Shown: positions 35,640 through 48,670, counted from the first letter of the whole stretch. The stretch: 63,879 bases of DNA, filler included, from Octopus bimaculoides (GCF_001194135.2; 5 parts of 5 records of this genome joined end to end with filler, not necessarily neighbours in it), one strand, 5' to 3'. Numbers and translations are program-made. The notes: generated by a model from the letters alone, not told the origin.

Positions 35640-36440
35640 GCAGAAAGGATACAAGAAACAAAGTGGGGCCACAAAGACCACTTATTAGTTGATAAAATGA
35701 TAATTAGAAATTGTAGACACAGATTAACAGGATTACATGTAGTGTGGTTAGATTGCAGAATAGTGTAAAGACATTGCACCGCAGAGTTGGATCCGTAAAA
35801 CAATGAGCATATTTGGAGTGGTAGAAAATAAGGGGAAAATGGCAAATGAAAGTATGAAATATTGGAATACTGAATTGATTGGTGGAAAACAAAAAGTTGG
35901 AAAAGTGAACATCAGATGAGGAATATTTCAAGGTGATAGCTTATTTCCATTACTATTTGTATTAGCCCTGATACCACTTAGCTTGATATTGCGAAAAGTT
36001 TAAATAGCTTACGCTTTGGGAAAAGGATATGGTCAGATAAATTACTTCCTTTTTATTGATGATATAAAGATTTATGCGAAAAATGAGAAACAGCTTGAAA
36101 GTCTAGTACAACTGTTGACATTTTCTTAAATGATGTAGATATGGAATTTGGGATCGAAAAGAGAGCTATTTTGAAAATGAAACGAGGAAGATTTGAAGGA
36201 AGCCAGAGAATTGGAATGCCAAATAGGCAAACAATGAAAACTGTTGAGAAAGGAGAGTGGTATAAGTGCTTGGGGATACCAGAGGCAGATGGAATAAAAC
36301 ATGAAGAGATAAAACAAATTACTAGTAGGGATATACAAGGAGAGGAAGAAAAATATAATGAATGTTGAATTCAAAAAATGTTGAAGCAATAAATGTAAGA
36401 GCAGTACCAGTAATCAGATATGGAGTTGTAAAACTGTTCA
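35640..36440 (+). mobile_element. R4/Dong-type RT fragment, degraded
   Basis: KDHLLVDKMIIRNC, FPLLFVLALIPL, NYFLFIDDIKIYAK, MEFGIEKRAILKMKRG, YKCLGI. Confidence 0.82.
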
Positions 36441-36529
36441 CTGTACCAAAACGACATATGCACCTGTAGACAGAAAAAACTTGTCTTCCTTCAGTCTACA
36501 GGTGCATACTTAGAGTAGGTACCTGTAGA

Positions 36530-37090
36530 CTGAATTCTTTCTACATTCACCCACCTTTCAAAACAATTTCAAGGAGACAGCACTTTTCTCTGTATCCACA
36601 CCTTCCTTTTCAAGTGAAAAGTTGATGAGGGCTTAGTCAAAGAAGAAATTATCTGTCTTCAACCTTTTCAATCTGGTTCACCACACAACCTCTTTCGCTA
36701 AGGCCACCAAAGAAACACTGCCTACCCTTCTTGGTCAAAGGAGGTCGGCGGGTCAATCTTCACAATGGATCTCAGCCATTAACCAGATCCGTCCTGCAGG
36801 TGTTCGACAGTAAACCCACAAGTCAGCAATGCTCGGGCACTGAACAATTTCGTCGCTCAGCGCACATCTCGGGCAAGCTCGGCTGATGGCACTTCCATGT
36901 CTGTAGAGTTTGTCCCAAGCCGGCAATGCTTCCCGGTAGCACTCCCAGGGATTTCTAGAAGTTATCCATGGATTCCGGCCCGAAAGTCCTCTGGAACAGA
37001 TCTGCTCGTCTCTAAACCTTTATAGAACGCCTAAATGGAACTCCACCGACAGCGTTTCTCAACTGGTAATCTGGCAGCACTCTAGGCGCC
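36530..37090 (-). mobile_element. L1/Tx1-clade LINE ORF2 C-terminal fragment
   Basis: YREALPAWDKL..SRACPRCA..QCPSIADLW and AKEVVW.TRLK..HLKRK..RWVNV; same family as 48000-48496. Confidence 0.75.
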
Positions 37091-37597
37091 AAGTGCCCTG
37101 CCTCGGTCTACGCCTGACCCAGAAATTGTAGCATTTGAAACACAGAATGCGAAAAAGACAGAGAGACAAGAGAAAAGAATGGACAGAAAACAAGTTTCTA
37201 TAGTTGAAGATGAAAGACAGGGATAGCGGGTGAGATAGAAATGCTGATGTTTCATACCCTCTGTATGTTCTATACTTGAAAGTGAAATAAAGCCGGCAGA
37301 AAGTTTGATACTGTAATCAATGATTATTCTAAAGGTGAAGGTGAAAGAAAGCCGGCACAAAAAGAGGGGGAAAGCGGGAGAGAAGGGGACGCTGAGAACC
37401 CCAGAAACGAGATCGAGTAGTACATTTTCACTTTCGTCGCATGTTTCACGCATGCGTAGAATTAGGCATTATCTTTCTCTATCAATTTCTCATTATAATG
37501 TACGGAGACCTTAGGCTGTCAACTTGTTACAACTTCACTACATTTCCTTCTATTGGAATTAAGAAAGGTATACAAAAATAACTTCTTTTAGTGCGCG

Positions 37598-37661
<64 letters not shown>

Positions 37662-38249
37662 TAAAGTTCTGTATGAATTATATTATTTTTTGCTGTGCGG
37701 TAAATTACAGCCCAAATCCTATGGAAATTACCTTTTTCCCATTCTATCATTCCTGTTTGTGGTGAGTATATTTCAAAATCTGATCTTCCATTTAAACTCA
37801 CAAGGAAGTTATCTCGCAATTCTTGTCCTTTACCTGTCGTTTCTTTTCTCAATTTATATTCCTATGTTTTCCATACAGGAGATTTGCATTTCGCCTGAAA
37901 GCGGGTAGCTGATGGGTAGCCGAGGTGGGAGAAGGGGTATTCAGTATTTCTTTCAGAAAATCTAAACTTTCAAAAACAAATTATATTTCCCACATTCGTA
38001 ATCTCTGTATTTTTCCACGTGGATAAAAAACAAAATTCGAAAAACAGTTAAAAATTAGAAAATTTCGGTGGGAAGGAAAGAAATTACATTTGTGAAAACG
38101 TGATTTCTGGGCAAAATCATATTAACCTCTTTTTAGTCGATGAAACAGTACATAGTTTGTGATCCCGCTTAAGAATATAAATCATTTTCATGCAAATTGT
38201 AACCCCACCCACTTCACTTCTGAACAAACAATAATTTCCATTATTAGTG

Positions 38250-39581
38250 TAATCTACTCTACTATATATCAGCTAACAGAATGCATTATGCTTATCAACA
38301 CAGAACATAGCCAAATCATTTAGAGTTTATCGCTTCTTCTCATAATAACGGTATACAAATTGACATGGATTTTTCCTCATCTCGTCATTCGTTACCAAAA
38401 AATTGAAATTATACAATGCACACATTCAAATTGCTATGTCTTCCATCTTATATATTACTTAATCGTTCGTTATTTTCAACTATGCCACCAAAACGAAGAC
38501 ATTCTAATTTACCTCCACGAAACAAGGGTCACAAAGAAAACTGCCTCTATTCGTGCTCAAGAAAACTCACTTCAGCGTTGCCCAAAATGATCACCGACGG
38601 CAGAAGTTCTGCTCCAAACTACACTTATTGTCTCGGATGAATGCATGATGGCACACCATGGTGCACTAGAAGTCCTAGATAGGTCACTAAGGGATATTAG
38701 AAGCAATACTGCTATTATAGGGGTAGGCATAACTGTTGTCCTCGCAGGAGATTTCCGTCAAATATTACCAGTCATACCATGGGGTATGCAAGCTGACGAG
38801 GTCTATGCGTGTCTGAAGTCTTCACCTCTGTGGAGGTTTGTTCGTCAGCTTTCATTAAGCAATAATATGCGAGCTCACCTCTACAACGACTTTTGAGGAA
38901 TTTTCTCATCAACTTTTTACAATTGGAAATGGCGCCTTACCGTTAAATAACACCCTGTATGTACTACAATGTGGGTACATGGTGTCTACATTGGCCGAGC
39001 TTAAAGAAAAGTTATTTCCTACATTGCACGACAACTTCAAAACATAGCATGGTTCGCAGAGAGAGTTATTTTAGCACCTCGGAATAAAAGCGTTGATAAA
39101 GTAAACCACGAATTCTTCCTCATTCTACCTGGAGATGCTTCAACATTTGTCTCCATCGACGAACATGCCGCTCTTCAGTATCCAGTTGAATTTCTCAACT
39201 CTCTACAACCCACATGTCTGTGTTATTCCTAAAGAAAGGTACACCTCACTGAGAAATTTGGACCCACCACGACTATGCAATGGTACAAGATTGACTGTAG
39301 CTACAATGACAAGTCATGCCCTAAAAGCAACCATTATTGAAGGCTTCCATCGAGGAGAGATCGCTTACATTCCACGCATACCCCTTATTCCTTAAATGTG
39401 CCATTTCAATTCAAGCGCCTCCAGTTCCCAGTGCGATTGTGCTTCGCTATGACAATCAACAAAGCCCAAGGTCAAACTTTAAAAATTGTCGGTCTCAATT
39501 TACAACTACCCTGCTTTTATCATGGACAACTATGTGTCGCCTGCTCTCGAGTTAGCAGTGCAGATGACTTGTATATTTTTT
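38250..39581 (+). mobile_element. Internally deleted Helitron (5' end and Rep start joined to Pif1-like helicase C-half), frameshifted
   Basis: DECMM, VVLAGDFRQILPVI, ILAPRN, RNLDPPRLCNGTRL, IPRIPLIP, FKRLQFPVRLCFAMTINKAQGQTL, HGQLCVACSRV helicase motifs; TCTACT-TATATA start near 38253. Confidence 0.92.
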
Positions 39582-41106
39582 TGCATTGTTTTACATCGTT
39601 TTATTCCCTCCGGAATAATATCAATGTTTTCTTCGAAACATATGTCGGAAGTATATAGATTTGAACAACACCTGCGTTTGACTCCATTTCTTAATTTATC
39701 TATGTAATACAAAAACATTTCACTTAACCTTGGAATTTCTACCTTTATAAGTAGGCTGTAATATCCTTGGCACTTATGTGAATTTTTGCTACCCTAGTAA
39801 CTATTTTTTTCCGTGTTATTTGTATACATTGAAAAAATACACATACATTTATATACACATCAACCAGGCTTCCATATAACCTGCAAATAAAATAGTTACC
39901 ATATATGGAGTTGTTTGATATAAACGCACCTCTTAAGGATCTACCCATTCCCCTAAGGAAGGTTTTCTCTAAACAACTCATTAGTAAGACAAACTCCTTT
40001 ATTAACCGTATTAGATGGCTTGCTTTCTTCTTCAACAATAAAGACATTAAACACCCTTCTAACGATCTAACTTCTGAATTCAGCAAATTGTTTAAATCTA
40101 AAAACAATCCTCCACCTAACCGAAGATTGAAACATGGGCTTAAACATTATTTTCGATGATGATATAATTAAAGCCAACTTTTTGGATATTACCCTTAACT
40201 TATATAATGATTCATATTTCCCATACCATAAACCCTCAACTAATCTAGAATATATTAGCCCTTTCAGTAAGCATTCAAAGCCTATTACAAGAAATTTAGA
40301 AATATTTCACTTAGACTTTCTAGATTATCTGCTAATGTTGATATCCTCAACGATAAAGCTAAATTTTATAACTCTGTCTTACTTAAAGCAGGCTATAAAG
40401 AAAAAAATTACCTATATTAACCCTATTGACATCAATTCTACTTCTATTAATCAGAGCATGAAAACACGTCATAACGGTAATAACAATATAAATTTTAGTT
40501 CGAATAACAACACTAAATCGAAAAATGTAATTTTGCAGTGTAAGGGAGATAACCGTTCTATATATATATCCCTTTATACATAATAAAAATAAGTCTAGGA
40601 CTTTTAAAGATAATTAACCTAATAACAAGGTGGGCCCTAGTAAAATTGTTTGGTTGATAATTCCACATGGTAAGCAGATCAAATCCAGCCTCCCTTACCA
40701 GATCAGAATTTCCCAAAAAATTCAAGATACCATTCCATTATCAATTCACACCGAATTAAAATAGGCTTCTCAAATACCAAAAATCTTTCACAAATCATCT
40801 CTTCGCATAACAATAAGTTGTTAAATACAAATCCACTTAATGAAAATAATAACATTGATATTATTAACGCTAACCATTCTTTGAACAATAATATCAACAA
40901 TATTAATATTTCTAATATAAATTCGAATCGTATTCGTTTCCTTAGCAGTAATTCTATGACTAGAAACTCTGTTTATCAATGTAAAATTACTTCCGGTTCT
41001 GATGTCTTCTTTTACATTGGTAGTTTATCGTCTCAGTTGTCAAAAATAATATCTAGCCATTACTCTACATTTAGACGTAGCAATAAACGTAACAATACTG
41101 GGCTTA

Positions 41107-41335
41107 TTTCTTTACTGCCCACAAGGGGCCACACACAGAGGGTACAAACAAGGACAGACAAATGGATTAAGTCGATTATATCGACCCCAGTGCGTAACTG
41201 GTACTTATTTAATCGACCCCAAAAGGATGAAAGGCAAAGTCGACGTCGGCGGAATTTGAACTCAGAACATAGCAGCAGACGAAATACCGATAAGCATTTC
41301 GCCCGGCGCGCTAACGGTTCTGCCAGCTCGCCGTG
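41107..41335 (-). mobile_element. SINE family B, full length, with 15-bp TSD, inserted in the PLE endonuclease
   Basis: Head ggcgagctggcagaaccgttagc...gagttcaaattcc; TSD acaatac(t/c)gggctta at 41092-41106 and 41336-41350. Confidence 0.92.
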
Positions 41336-41862
41336 ACAATACCGGGCTTAGTAAATTAATTTGGTCTCTAAAGGAACATAATAAACAATTTGATTTGGAA
41401 TGGAATATTCTATCTAGATCCTTCCCATATGATAAATCTTTTTGTCCACTCTGTAACGAAGAACAATTTCTCATCCTGTTTTCGGAGAATTCTCTTGCAA
41501 ACACGTTTAAAGAACGCATTTATCGTTGCAAACATTGGCAAAAACATACCTTTAGTTCCTATAAGTAATTTTTACCAATCTATAAAATTCGACCTTTAAC
41601 TGTCTTCTTACACTTCATTTCCACTACATATATCTATTTCCATACTTTTAAGCTTTATTCCCATTCATCCATTACGCTATATTTCTCCACTTTTAATCTT
41701 TTGTTAATTTCTTTCTTTCTCCTCCTTCTCTTTCTCTAAATTGCCATTGACATTAAATTTATTAACGGCTTTTTTTAAATAATTTACCAGCGTTCCCTCC
41801 ATCATATACGCGGTAAACACATTCGGTTAAAATGGCTTATTGATGTGTTTTGTTTCTCTTTT

Positions 41863-41947
41863 TTTCCCTGATGAGATGATTGTATTGTTTTATATCATTT
41901 TATTCCCTCTGGAATATCAATGTTTTCTTCGAAACATATGTCGGAAG
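41863..41947 (+). ncRNA. Type I hammerhead ribozyme motif in the PLE 3' pseudo-LTR
   Basis: UUUCC-CUGAUGA-GA..~52 nt..UC-GAAA-CAUAUG-UC-GGAAG: helix I 5 bp, palindromic helix III ACATATGT, GUC cleavage triplet. Confidence 0.82.
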
Positions 41948-43022
41948 TATATAGATTTGAATAACACCTGCGTTTGACTCCATTTCTTAATTTATCTATG
42001 TTATACAAAAACATTTAATTTAACCCTGAAATCTCTACCTTTATAAGTAGGCTGTAATATCCTTGGCACTTATGTGAATTTTTGCTACCCTGGTAACTAT
42101 TTTTTTCCCTGTTGTTTGTGCACATTGAAAAATACACATACATTTNNNNNNNNNNNNNNNNNNNNNNNNNNNNNNNNNNNNNNNNNNNNNNNNNNNNNNN
42201 NNNNNNNNNNNNNNNNNNNNNNNNNNNNNNNNNNNNNNNNNNNNNNNNNNNNNNNNNNNNNNNNNNNNNNNNNNNNNNNNNNNNNNNNNNNNNNNNNNNN
42301 NNNNNNNNNNNNNNNNNNNNNNNNNNNNNNNNNNNNNNNNNNNNNNNNNNNNNNNNNNNNNNNNNNNNNNNNNNNNNNNNNNNNNNNNNNNNNNNNNNNN
42401 NNNNNNNNNNNNNNNNNNNNNNNNNNNNNNNNNNNNNNNNNNNNNNNNNNNNNNNNNNNNNNNNNNNNNNNNNNNNNNNNNNNNNNNNNNNNNNNNNNNN
42501 NNNNNNNNNNNNNNNNNNNNNNNNNNNNNNNNNNNNNNNNNNNNNNNNNNNNNNNNNNNNNNNNNNNNNNNNNNNNNNNNNNNNNNNNNNNNNNNNNNNN
42601 NNNNNNNNNNNNNNNNNNNNNNNNNNNNNNNNNNNNNNNNNNNNNNNNNNNNNNNNNNNNNNNNNNNNNNNNNNNNNNNNNNNNNNNNNNNNNNNNNNNN
42701 NNNNNNNNNNNNNNNNNNNNNNNNNNNNNNNNNNNNNNNNNNNNNNNNNNNNNNNNNNNNNNNNNNNNNNNNNNNNNNNNNNNNNNNNNNNNNNNNNNNN
42801 NNNNNNNNNNNNNNNNNNNNNNNNNNNNNNNNNNNNNNNNNNNNNNNNNNNNNNNNNNNNNNNNNNNNNNNNNNNNNNNNNNNNNNNNNNNNNNNNNNNN
42901 NNNNNNNNNNNNNNNNNNNNNNNNNNNNNNNNNNNNNNNNNNNNNNNNNNNNNNNNNNNNNNNNNNNNNNNNNNNNNNNNNNNNNNNNNNNNNNNNNNNN
43001 NNNNNNNNNNNNNNNNNNNNNN

Positions 43023-43348
43023 AATAGCCTGCTCGTGAAATTAACGTGCAAGTCGCTGAGCACTCCACAGACACGTGTACCCTTAACGTAGTTCTCGGGT
43101 ATATTCAGCGTGACACAGTGTGACAAGGCTGACCCTTTGAATTACAGGTACAACAGAAACAGGAAGTAAGAGTGAGAGAAAATTGTGGTGAAAAAGTACA
43201 GCAGGGTTTGCCACCATCCCCTGCCGGAGCCTCGTGGAGCTTTAGGTGTTTTCGCTCAATAAACACTCACAACGCCCGGTCTGGGAATCGAAACCACGAT
43301 CCTATGACCGCGAGTCCGCTGCCCTAACCACTGAGCCATTGCGCCTCC
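43023..43348 (-). mobile_element. SINE family D with clear tRNA-derived head
   Basis: Minus strand GGAGGCGCAATGGCTCAGTGGTTAGGGCAGCGGACTCGCGGTCATAGGATCGTGGTTTCGATTCCC (A and B boxes) followed by a non-tRNA body. Confidence 0.88.
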
Positions 43349-43393
43349 ACTATATACATACATATACACGTACATACATACTTACATACATAC

Positions 43394-43424
<31 letters not shown>

Positions 43425-44907
43425 CATCCGTATAAAAATCTGCAACACCTTCCTAAGATTTAAAGGGTACCTATTAAATTAAGATACTTTCCTTCACAAC
43501 CTTGCTACCAAGTCGGTGGCCGGTCAAAAGTTTGCTGTAAATTAAAAAGAGAAAGAGAACGTATAGATATATAATATATATGTTATATGGTATGGCTTGT
43601 ACGTGTAGATTTATATAAATGTGTGTGTACACATATGTAATTATATACTGTATATGTGTATATGTGTATACGTATGTATGTATGTACGTATGTATGTATG
43701 TATGTATACATATAAGTTCAATTATAACTAGAAACAGAAATTTGATGAGGTAAAAAAAAAGAGGTTTCAGTTACACTTATGAAAATCTGTTTAATCTGGT
43801 GGTGGTATAAATTAGCAGAATATCTGTAAGTATATGTCGATGTGGCAATATTTTGTTAGTAGTTCAGATCTAGTTTCTAGGTACTCCACGCAACTGATGT
43901 TTTTCAAAATGTGACCTTTTTCATTGATGTGATGTTGGCATTTTTGTACTATTTATATGGTCTGCTTCACTCAAGGGCATTCCCTTTTCATGCCAAAATT
44001 GGTATTATGTTCTTTTAAGTATCATAGTTTGGTCATAGTGTTCTTTTAAATATGTGCTACAGGCCACCGGCCACACCTATGACAGAAACTCCCAAACTCT
44101 CCTTTTGAAAGCATGTTAAATGCCAGGTTGTTAATAAGGAAACCCAGACACATGTCACTGTCCTCTTTGCCTTTCCTTTGCAAGCTCCATCAGACAGATA
44201 AAATTATCTTTCTTGGCGTACTTCCCCATTGTTTCTTCTTTTTCGGGTTTCTTCTCCAATCAACTACTCCCAATCTTCTATACTACAAACAGTGCTTATT
44301 GTTGTTGTTTTCTGTGCGTCAGTATCGTTGCTGTTATGGCGTTGCTATTGCTGCTAAAGTCAGCCAAGCTACCAATATCGAAGCTATTACTGGTATTGTT
44401 AGTGTTTATGTTATATTTCGCTGCGTTGGTGTTGCCACACTCGACGTTTCTCAACATATCTTTTTCTTTGACTGCTTTTTCAAACCCAAATTATTCAAAT
44501 AGAAATTTTTAAGAGACAGAGGTGTTTTGTTTACATTCTTCTATATATATATTCAAGGCTACCTTCACTGTTGTGGCTGTTGCCTCTAACTGTCGCCATC
44601 GAAGACGCCATGCTTAAGAAAAACTTTTAATGATACCCCAACGAGAAATTTTAGTAAATGAAGCGAAGGAAAACAATTTACTCCACCCCAAGCTGAGCAG
44701 AAAAACAAAATTAAATATGGAATTAGTCTGAAACATATTACAGCAAAAACAAAAAAAGCAAAAACCATCGACACCTGACTAATAAACGGTAGTCTAGGAA
44801 TAGTAAAAAAAAAAAATCACCTTTCAGTTAGTAATTCACATAACAACAATGACGACAATGACGACGACGACGACTACGATGATGATGATGATGATGATGA
44901 TGATAAT

Positions 44908-44966
44908 TTCTCGATGATTTAGGCTCTTGTGGCCAACAAGGCCGCAAGAGCCTAAGTCATCGAGAA
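44908..44966 (+). other. 27-bp stem / 5-nt loop hairpin next to a (GAT)n tract
   Basis: ttctcgatgatttaggctcttgtggcc-aacaa-ggccgcaagagcctaagtcatcgagaa; fully paired on the plus strand with two G-U pairs. Confidence 0.85.
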
Positions 44967-45119
44967 CACTATCAAAGGACGAAATACAACCCACAAATGG
45001 TGGAGTTTTTATCGGTCAAAAGGGGGGTCAATAAGGATATTAAAATAGAATTTAGAATCCGATAGCTGTGGCTTTTAGGCTACCTCTATTTGGTTCTGAG
45101 GGTATTTTTTCTTACCCCT

Positions 45120-45540
45120 TGACTTGAACCTCACCTCTTCCTGTCTAGCCTAAATATTGGACCCTTCTGCATTCTTTCTCTATATCTAGTTTCCTCTCCA
45201 CCTTTACATCTACATCCTACTGCAAACTTATGAACCTTTCTCACACCACTTCTGTCAAGGCCCTCCCTACTTCACTTACCATATCACCCCTCTATTTCAC
45301 TCTTTCAATTCAACTTTTATTATTTACTTGTTTGCAGTCAAAGTGACAACACAATCACTTTCTCCCTTCTTTCTTACATCCTTCACTACTCACCAAATTT
45401 AATGAACTCTCATTCTTTCACTCATCTGTCACTTTTTTTTTTGTATTTCTCTCTTACTCTGTATGTTTCGTTTTTTCACGTACCCTACCCACCTGCCCTA
45501 CATCGTTTAAGATGTTCTTCTTAAGGAGTAGTTATTACCA
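45120..45540 (-). mobile_element. Probable RTE LINE 3' coding remnant
   Basis: Purine-rich minus strand with a degenerate ..WYG.V.R.. motif similar to 19290-19500. Confidence 0.4.
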
Positions 45541-45769
45541 CCTTGTTTAATTGATATATCCTCGCTAAAATGATGTTGTTTCCGTGTTTTAGTATTGTTC
45601 CTATTTTACCATTAAGTTTTATAACATAGATCCGTTAAAAAAAGTTTTGATTATTTAATTACTTCCACGTTTAGACTATTATCGTTCTATTAGTAGAATC
45701 TATTGGAAACTGTTTGATTGTGCTCATACTGGTTCGGGCTTCTCTTTGTCAATATCCTCGATTTGATTT

Positions 45770-45982
45770 TAAGGCGGCGAGCTGTCAGAAACGTTAGCAC
45801 GCCGGACGAAATGCTGAGCGGTGTTTCGTCTGTCTTTACATTCTGAGTTCAAATTCCGCCTAGGTCGACTTTGCCTTTCATCTTTCGGGGTCGATAAATT
45901 AAATACGAGTGCGTACTGGAGTCGATCTAATCAACTAACCCCTTCCCTAAAAATTTCGGGCCTTGTGCCTAGAGTAGAAATA
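45770..45982 (+). mobile_element. SINE family B, full length, with 19-bp TSD
   Basis: ggcggcgagctg.cagaaacgttagc head, gagttcaaattcc B box; TSD aatatcctcgatttgattt at 45751-45769 and 45983-46001. Confidence 0.93.
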
Positions 45983-46489
45983 AATATCCTCGATTTGATT
46001 TGATTTTGTTGAGTACTTTGTTTTTATTTGCAGTAGTTTTATTTTCTAGGTTTACCTTCTCAATCTTCAGTTACCTTCCCAATCATCCGGTTCTTTACGT
46101 TCCGAGTTGAAATTCCTCCGAAGTCAACTTTGCTTTCCATACTTCCGAGGTCGACAAAATAAAGTACCAGTACTGCGGATCGAAATAATCGACTCTTCAT
46201 CTCCTTTCAAAATTACTAGTTATATGCCTAAATTACAAACAATATTTAATGTTATAATGTTTTCAGTTACATCATTTGTTTTGCTCCTCTTTTTGTTTGT
46301 GATTTTATATCATTGTATACTCATTCTTTTATGTATTCTATTTGTATATTTTGTAGCTTTTGGGTATACGTATACATACAAACATACATATTCTTAAATT
46401 AATAACTTCGCTGGTTGCCAAAGTTATTTCTACTTGATAATTATTCAGTTGGGAAATGTTACCAGAAAAACCTTTTTGTGTTCTTTGTT

Positions 46490-46547
<58 letters not shown>

Positions 46548-47750
46548 CTCTGTCTGTGTGAGTGTGTGTGTGTGCGTATGTGCTTATGTCATCGTCGCTT
46601 AACTCTATGACATTTATATTCGTATTTTGTTTATTATTTTTTAATTGCTTGGTCAAAAGAGGAAAGGCAGCACCAATATGATACTGTCACGATGTCTGTA
46701 ACCGATAAGAAAAAGCGGTGGAAGTCATCCTCTGACAGGATACCTAATCCAGATTTTGCAATTGAGTGAACTTTGCTAAAGGCACCTAGGAATCAAGTGC
46801 TGGCGTTCAACAGAACAATGGATTAAGCTTCATGTCCAAAAACAAGGAAACTCCATCTCGACGGGCTTCCACACTGTCTACACACAAGGCTTTTGGTCGA
46901 CCCGACGGTATGGTCCAAGAACTTACCCAAGGTATCTAACAGTGAGATCATTAATGAAAGAAGGACATCATCTTGTGAAAGAAGCAGTATAACAGCTACA
47001 GACTTTGATGAGTTCTGGTGTTATTTATTTATCGTCTTGGTCATGACTCAAGCACTGATTCTGTTGTTAAGGTATTCGTTTTATAAACACGAGGTTCCGG
47101 GTTCGATATCGCATGCAGGCACTTAAGACAATTACCTTCTGCCATAGTGTTGGTTCTACCAATACCTTGTAAATTCAATTTAGTAGACAGAAACTAACCT
47201 AAAGCCCATCGTATATGTGTTTGTGTGTATGTTTTTACATATGTGTATCTTTCATCGACGTATATCAGCGAAGGCTTTATTGAGGAAACAAAAAATAAGG
47301 TGCTTTTCGAACGAAATTCTTAGAGATATTAGATCTGCATCGAATTACAGATACTCCCTTATCATTTTGACCATGATAATACAGTGAGCCAATGATTTGC
47401 CCATTGGAAACCGGAAACCAATGATACTCTTGTTTACAAATACATCACTTAAACAAATAAATGTTACTACAACTGGGAAATCAAACTTGCTTGTTCATTT
47501 TTCCTGTTATTTTTTCCTAAATTATTTCATCACAGTGAAACTTTGGTATTTTGATATTTAAAGCAATTCTTATCGCCACCATTTTGGGTGGATCGACACT
47601 CATCTTATTAATTCATTTTCTGCCAGAGAAGAGTTAATAAATTTTTCATTGCTGAGGACATCCGTTAAACAATCTTGAATGTTGAGTCGGCCGACATTTG
47701 GTAATAAACTAAAATAAACTGACAGATAAACAGTAACATCCAGCAAAATA

Positions 47751-47812
<62 letters not shown>

Positions 47813-47853
47813 GGATGGATGGATGGATGGATGGATGGATGGATGGATGGATG

Positions 47854-47916
<63 letters not shown>

Positions 47917-47999
47917 GTGTTTTTATTATAACCACACAGGGCTGAACACAGAAATTGGACGAAATACAAGCGTAGAGTTTTTCATTTTCGAGGTGGGCT

Positions 48000-48496
48000 G
48001 GGTGGGACACACAAAGAAAAGTCAAATCAATAGGGATTGTAATTGTTGGGGTGTGTGGTGTACAAAATTTATAAATCTTCCCAAAAACGGGAATAAATAT
48101 TGTTTACAGTTTAGGTGTATCCTTGGAGTGAAAAACCTACAAAAAAGCACCAAGGTCCCCTCAGGCAGTTCAAAATGTACATAAAAGTAAGTACCCTTTC
48201 TCTCGTTTTCTCTTTTTACAAATTTATGCTTAAAATGGTGTCGTCTTTCATACTCACCAATTTTGCCACATTTACCCATTTTTTATTGAAGCTTTCATTC
48301 GACAACGCTTTCCTCTCTATCTTCATCCTCCTTTTCAAGTGATACTTGAAAAAGTTGACGATGGACTGACCAGAGAGGAAAGTGTTTGTTTGTAAACCTT
48401 TCAAACGCGTCCACCACACACATTCTTTCGCTATAGCTATCAGTGTTACGTAAACCGTTTTTCCTTCCCGTTTAAAGGAAGGTGGCGGAGCAATAT
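48000..48496 (-). mobile_element. L1/Tx1-clade LINE 3' end
   Basis: VWWTRLKGLQTNTFLSGQSIVNFFKYHLKRRMKIERKAL..KKWVNVAK; homologous to 36530-36720. Confidence 0.75.
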
Positions 48497-48596
48497 NNNN
48501 NNNNNNNNNNNNNNNNNNNNNNNNNNNNNNNNNNNNNNNNTTAATTAATTAANNNNNNNNNNNNNNNNNNNNNNNNNNNNNNNNNNNNNNNNNNNN
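48497..48596. other. Artificial scaffold-joining spacer N44-TTAATTAATTAA-N44
   Basis: Identical 100-bp spacer. Confidence 0.95.
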
Positions 48597-48624
48597 AAAA
48601 TTTGGTGATCTTTCGATACTAAGC

Positions 48625-48670
48625 CTTTTTATATTTTGTCAGCGTTTTAACTCTGACAAAATATAAAAAG
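48625..48670. repeat. Perfect 18-bp inverted repeat with 10-nt spacer
   Basis: ctttttatattttgtcag / ctgacaaaatataaaaag. Confidence 0.85.

Larger units (their letters stand above)
39582..42145 (+). mobile_element. Penelope-like element (Naiad-like) with pseudo-LTR direct repeats and internally deleted RT/GIY-YIG ORF
   Basis: About 270-bp diverged direct repeats (39582-39850 and 41882-42145); LKDLPIP..FINRIRWLAFFF, ANFLDITLNL..PYHKPS, SVYQCKI..FYIGS, LSKLIWSLKE..EWNIL. Confidence 0.9.

Noticed and set aside
43270-43348. tRNA gene call for the GGAGGCGCAATGG.. sequence
   Set aside because: Has A and B boxes but no proper acceptor stem and continues into a SINE body; it is a SINE head
44260-44545. 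About 90-codon Asn/Ser-rich open frame on the minus strand
   Set aside because: No start codon context, convincing splice sites or domain signature; cannot be supported as an exon
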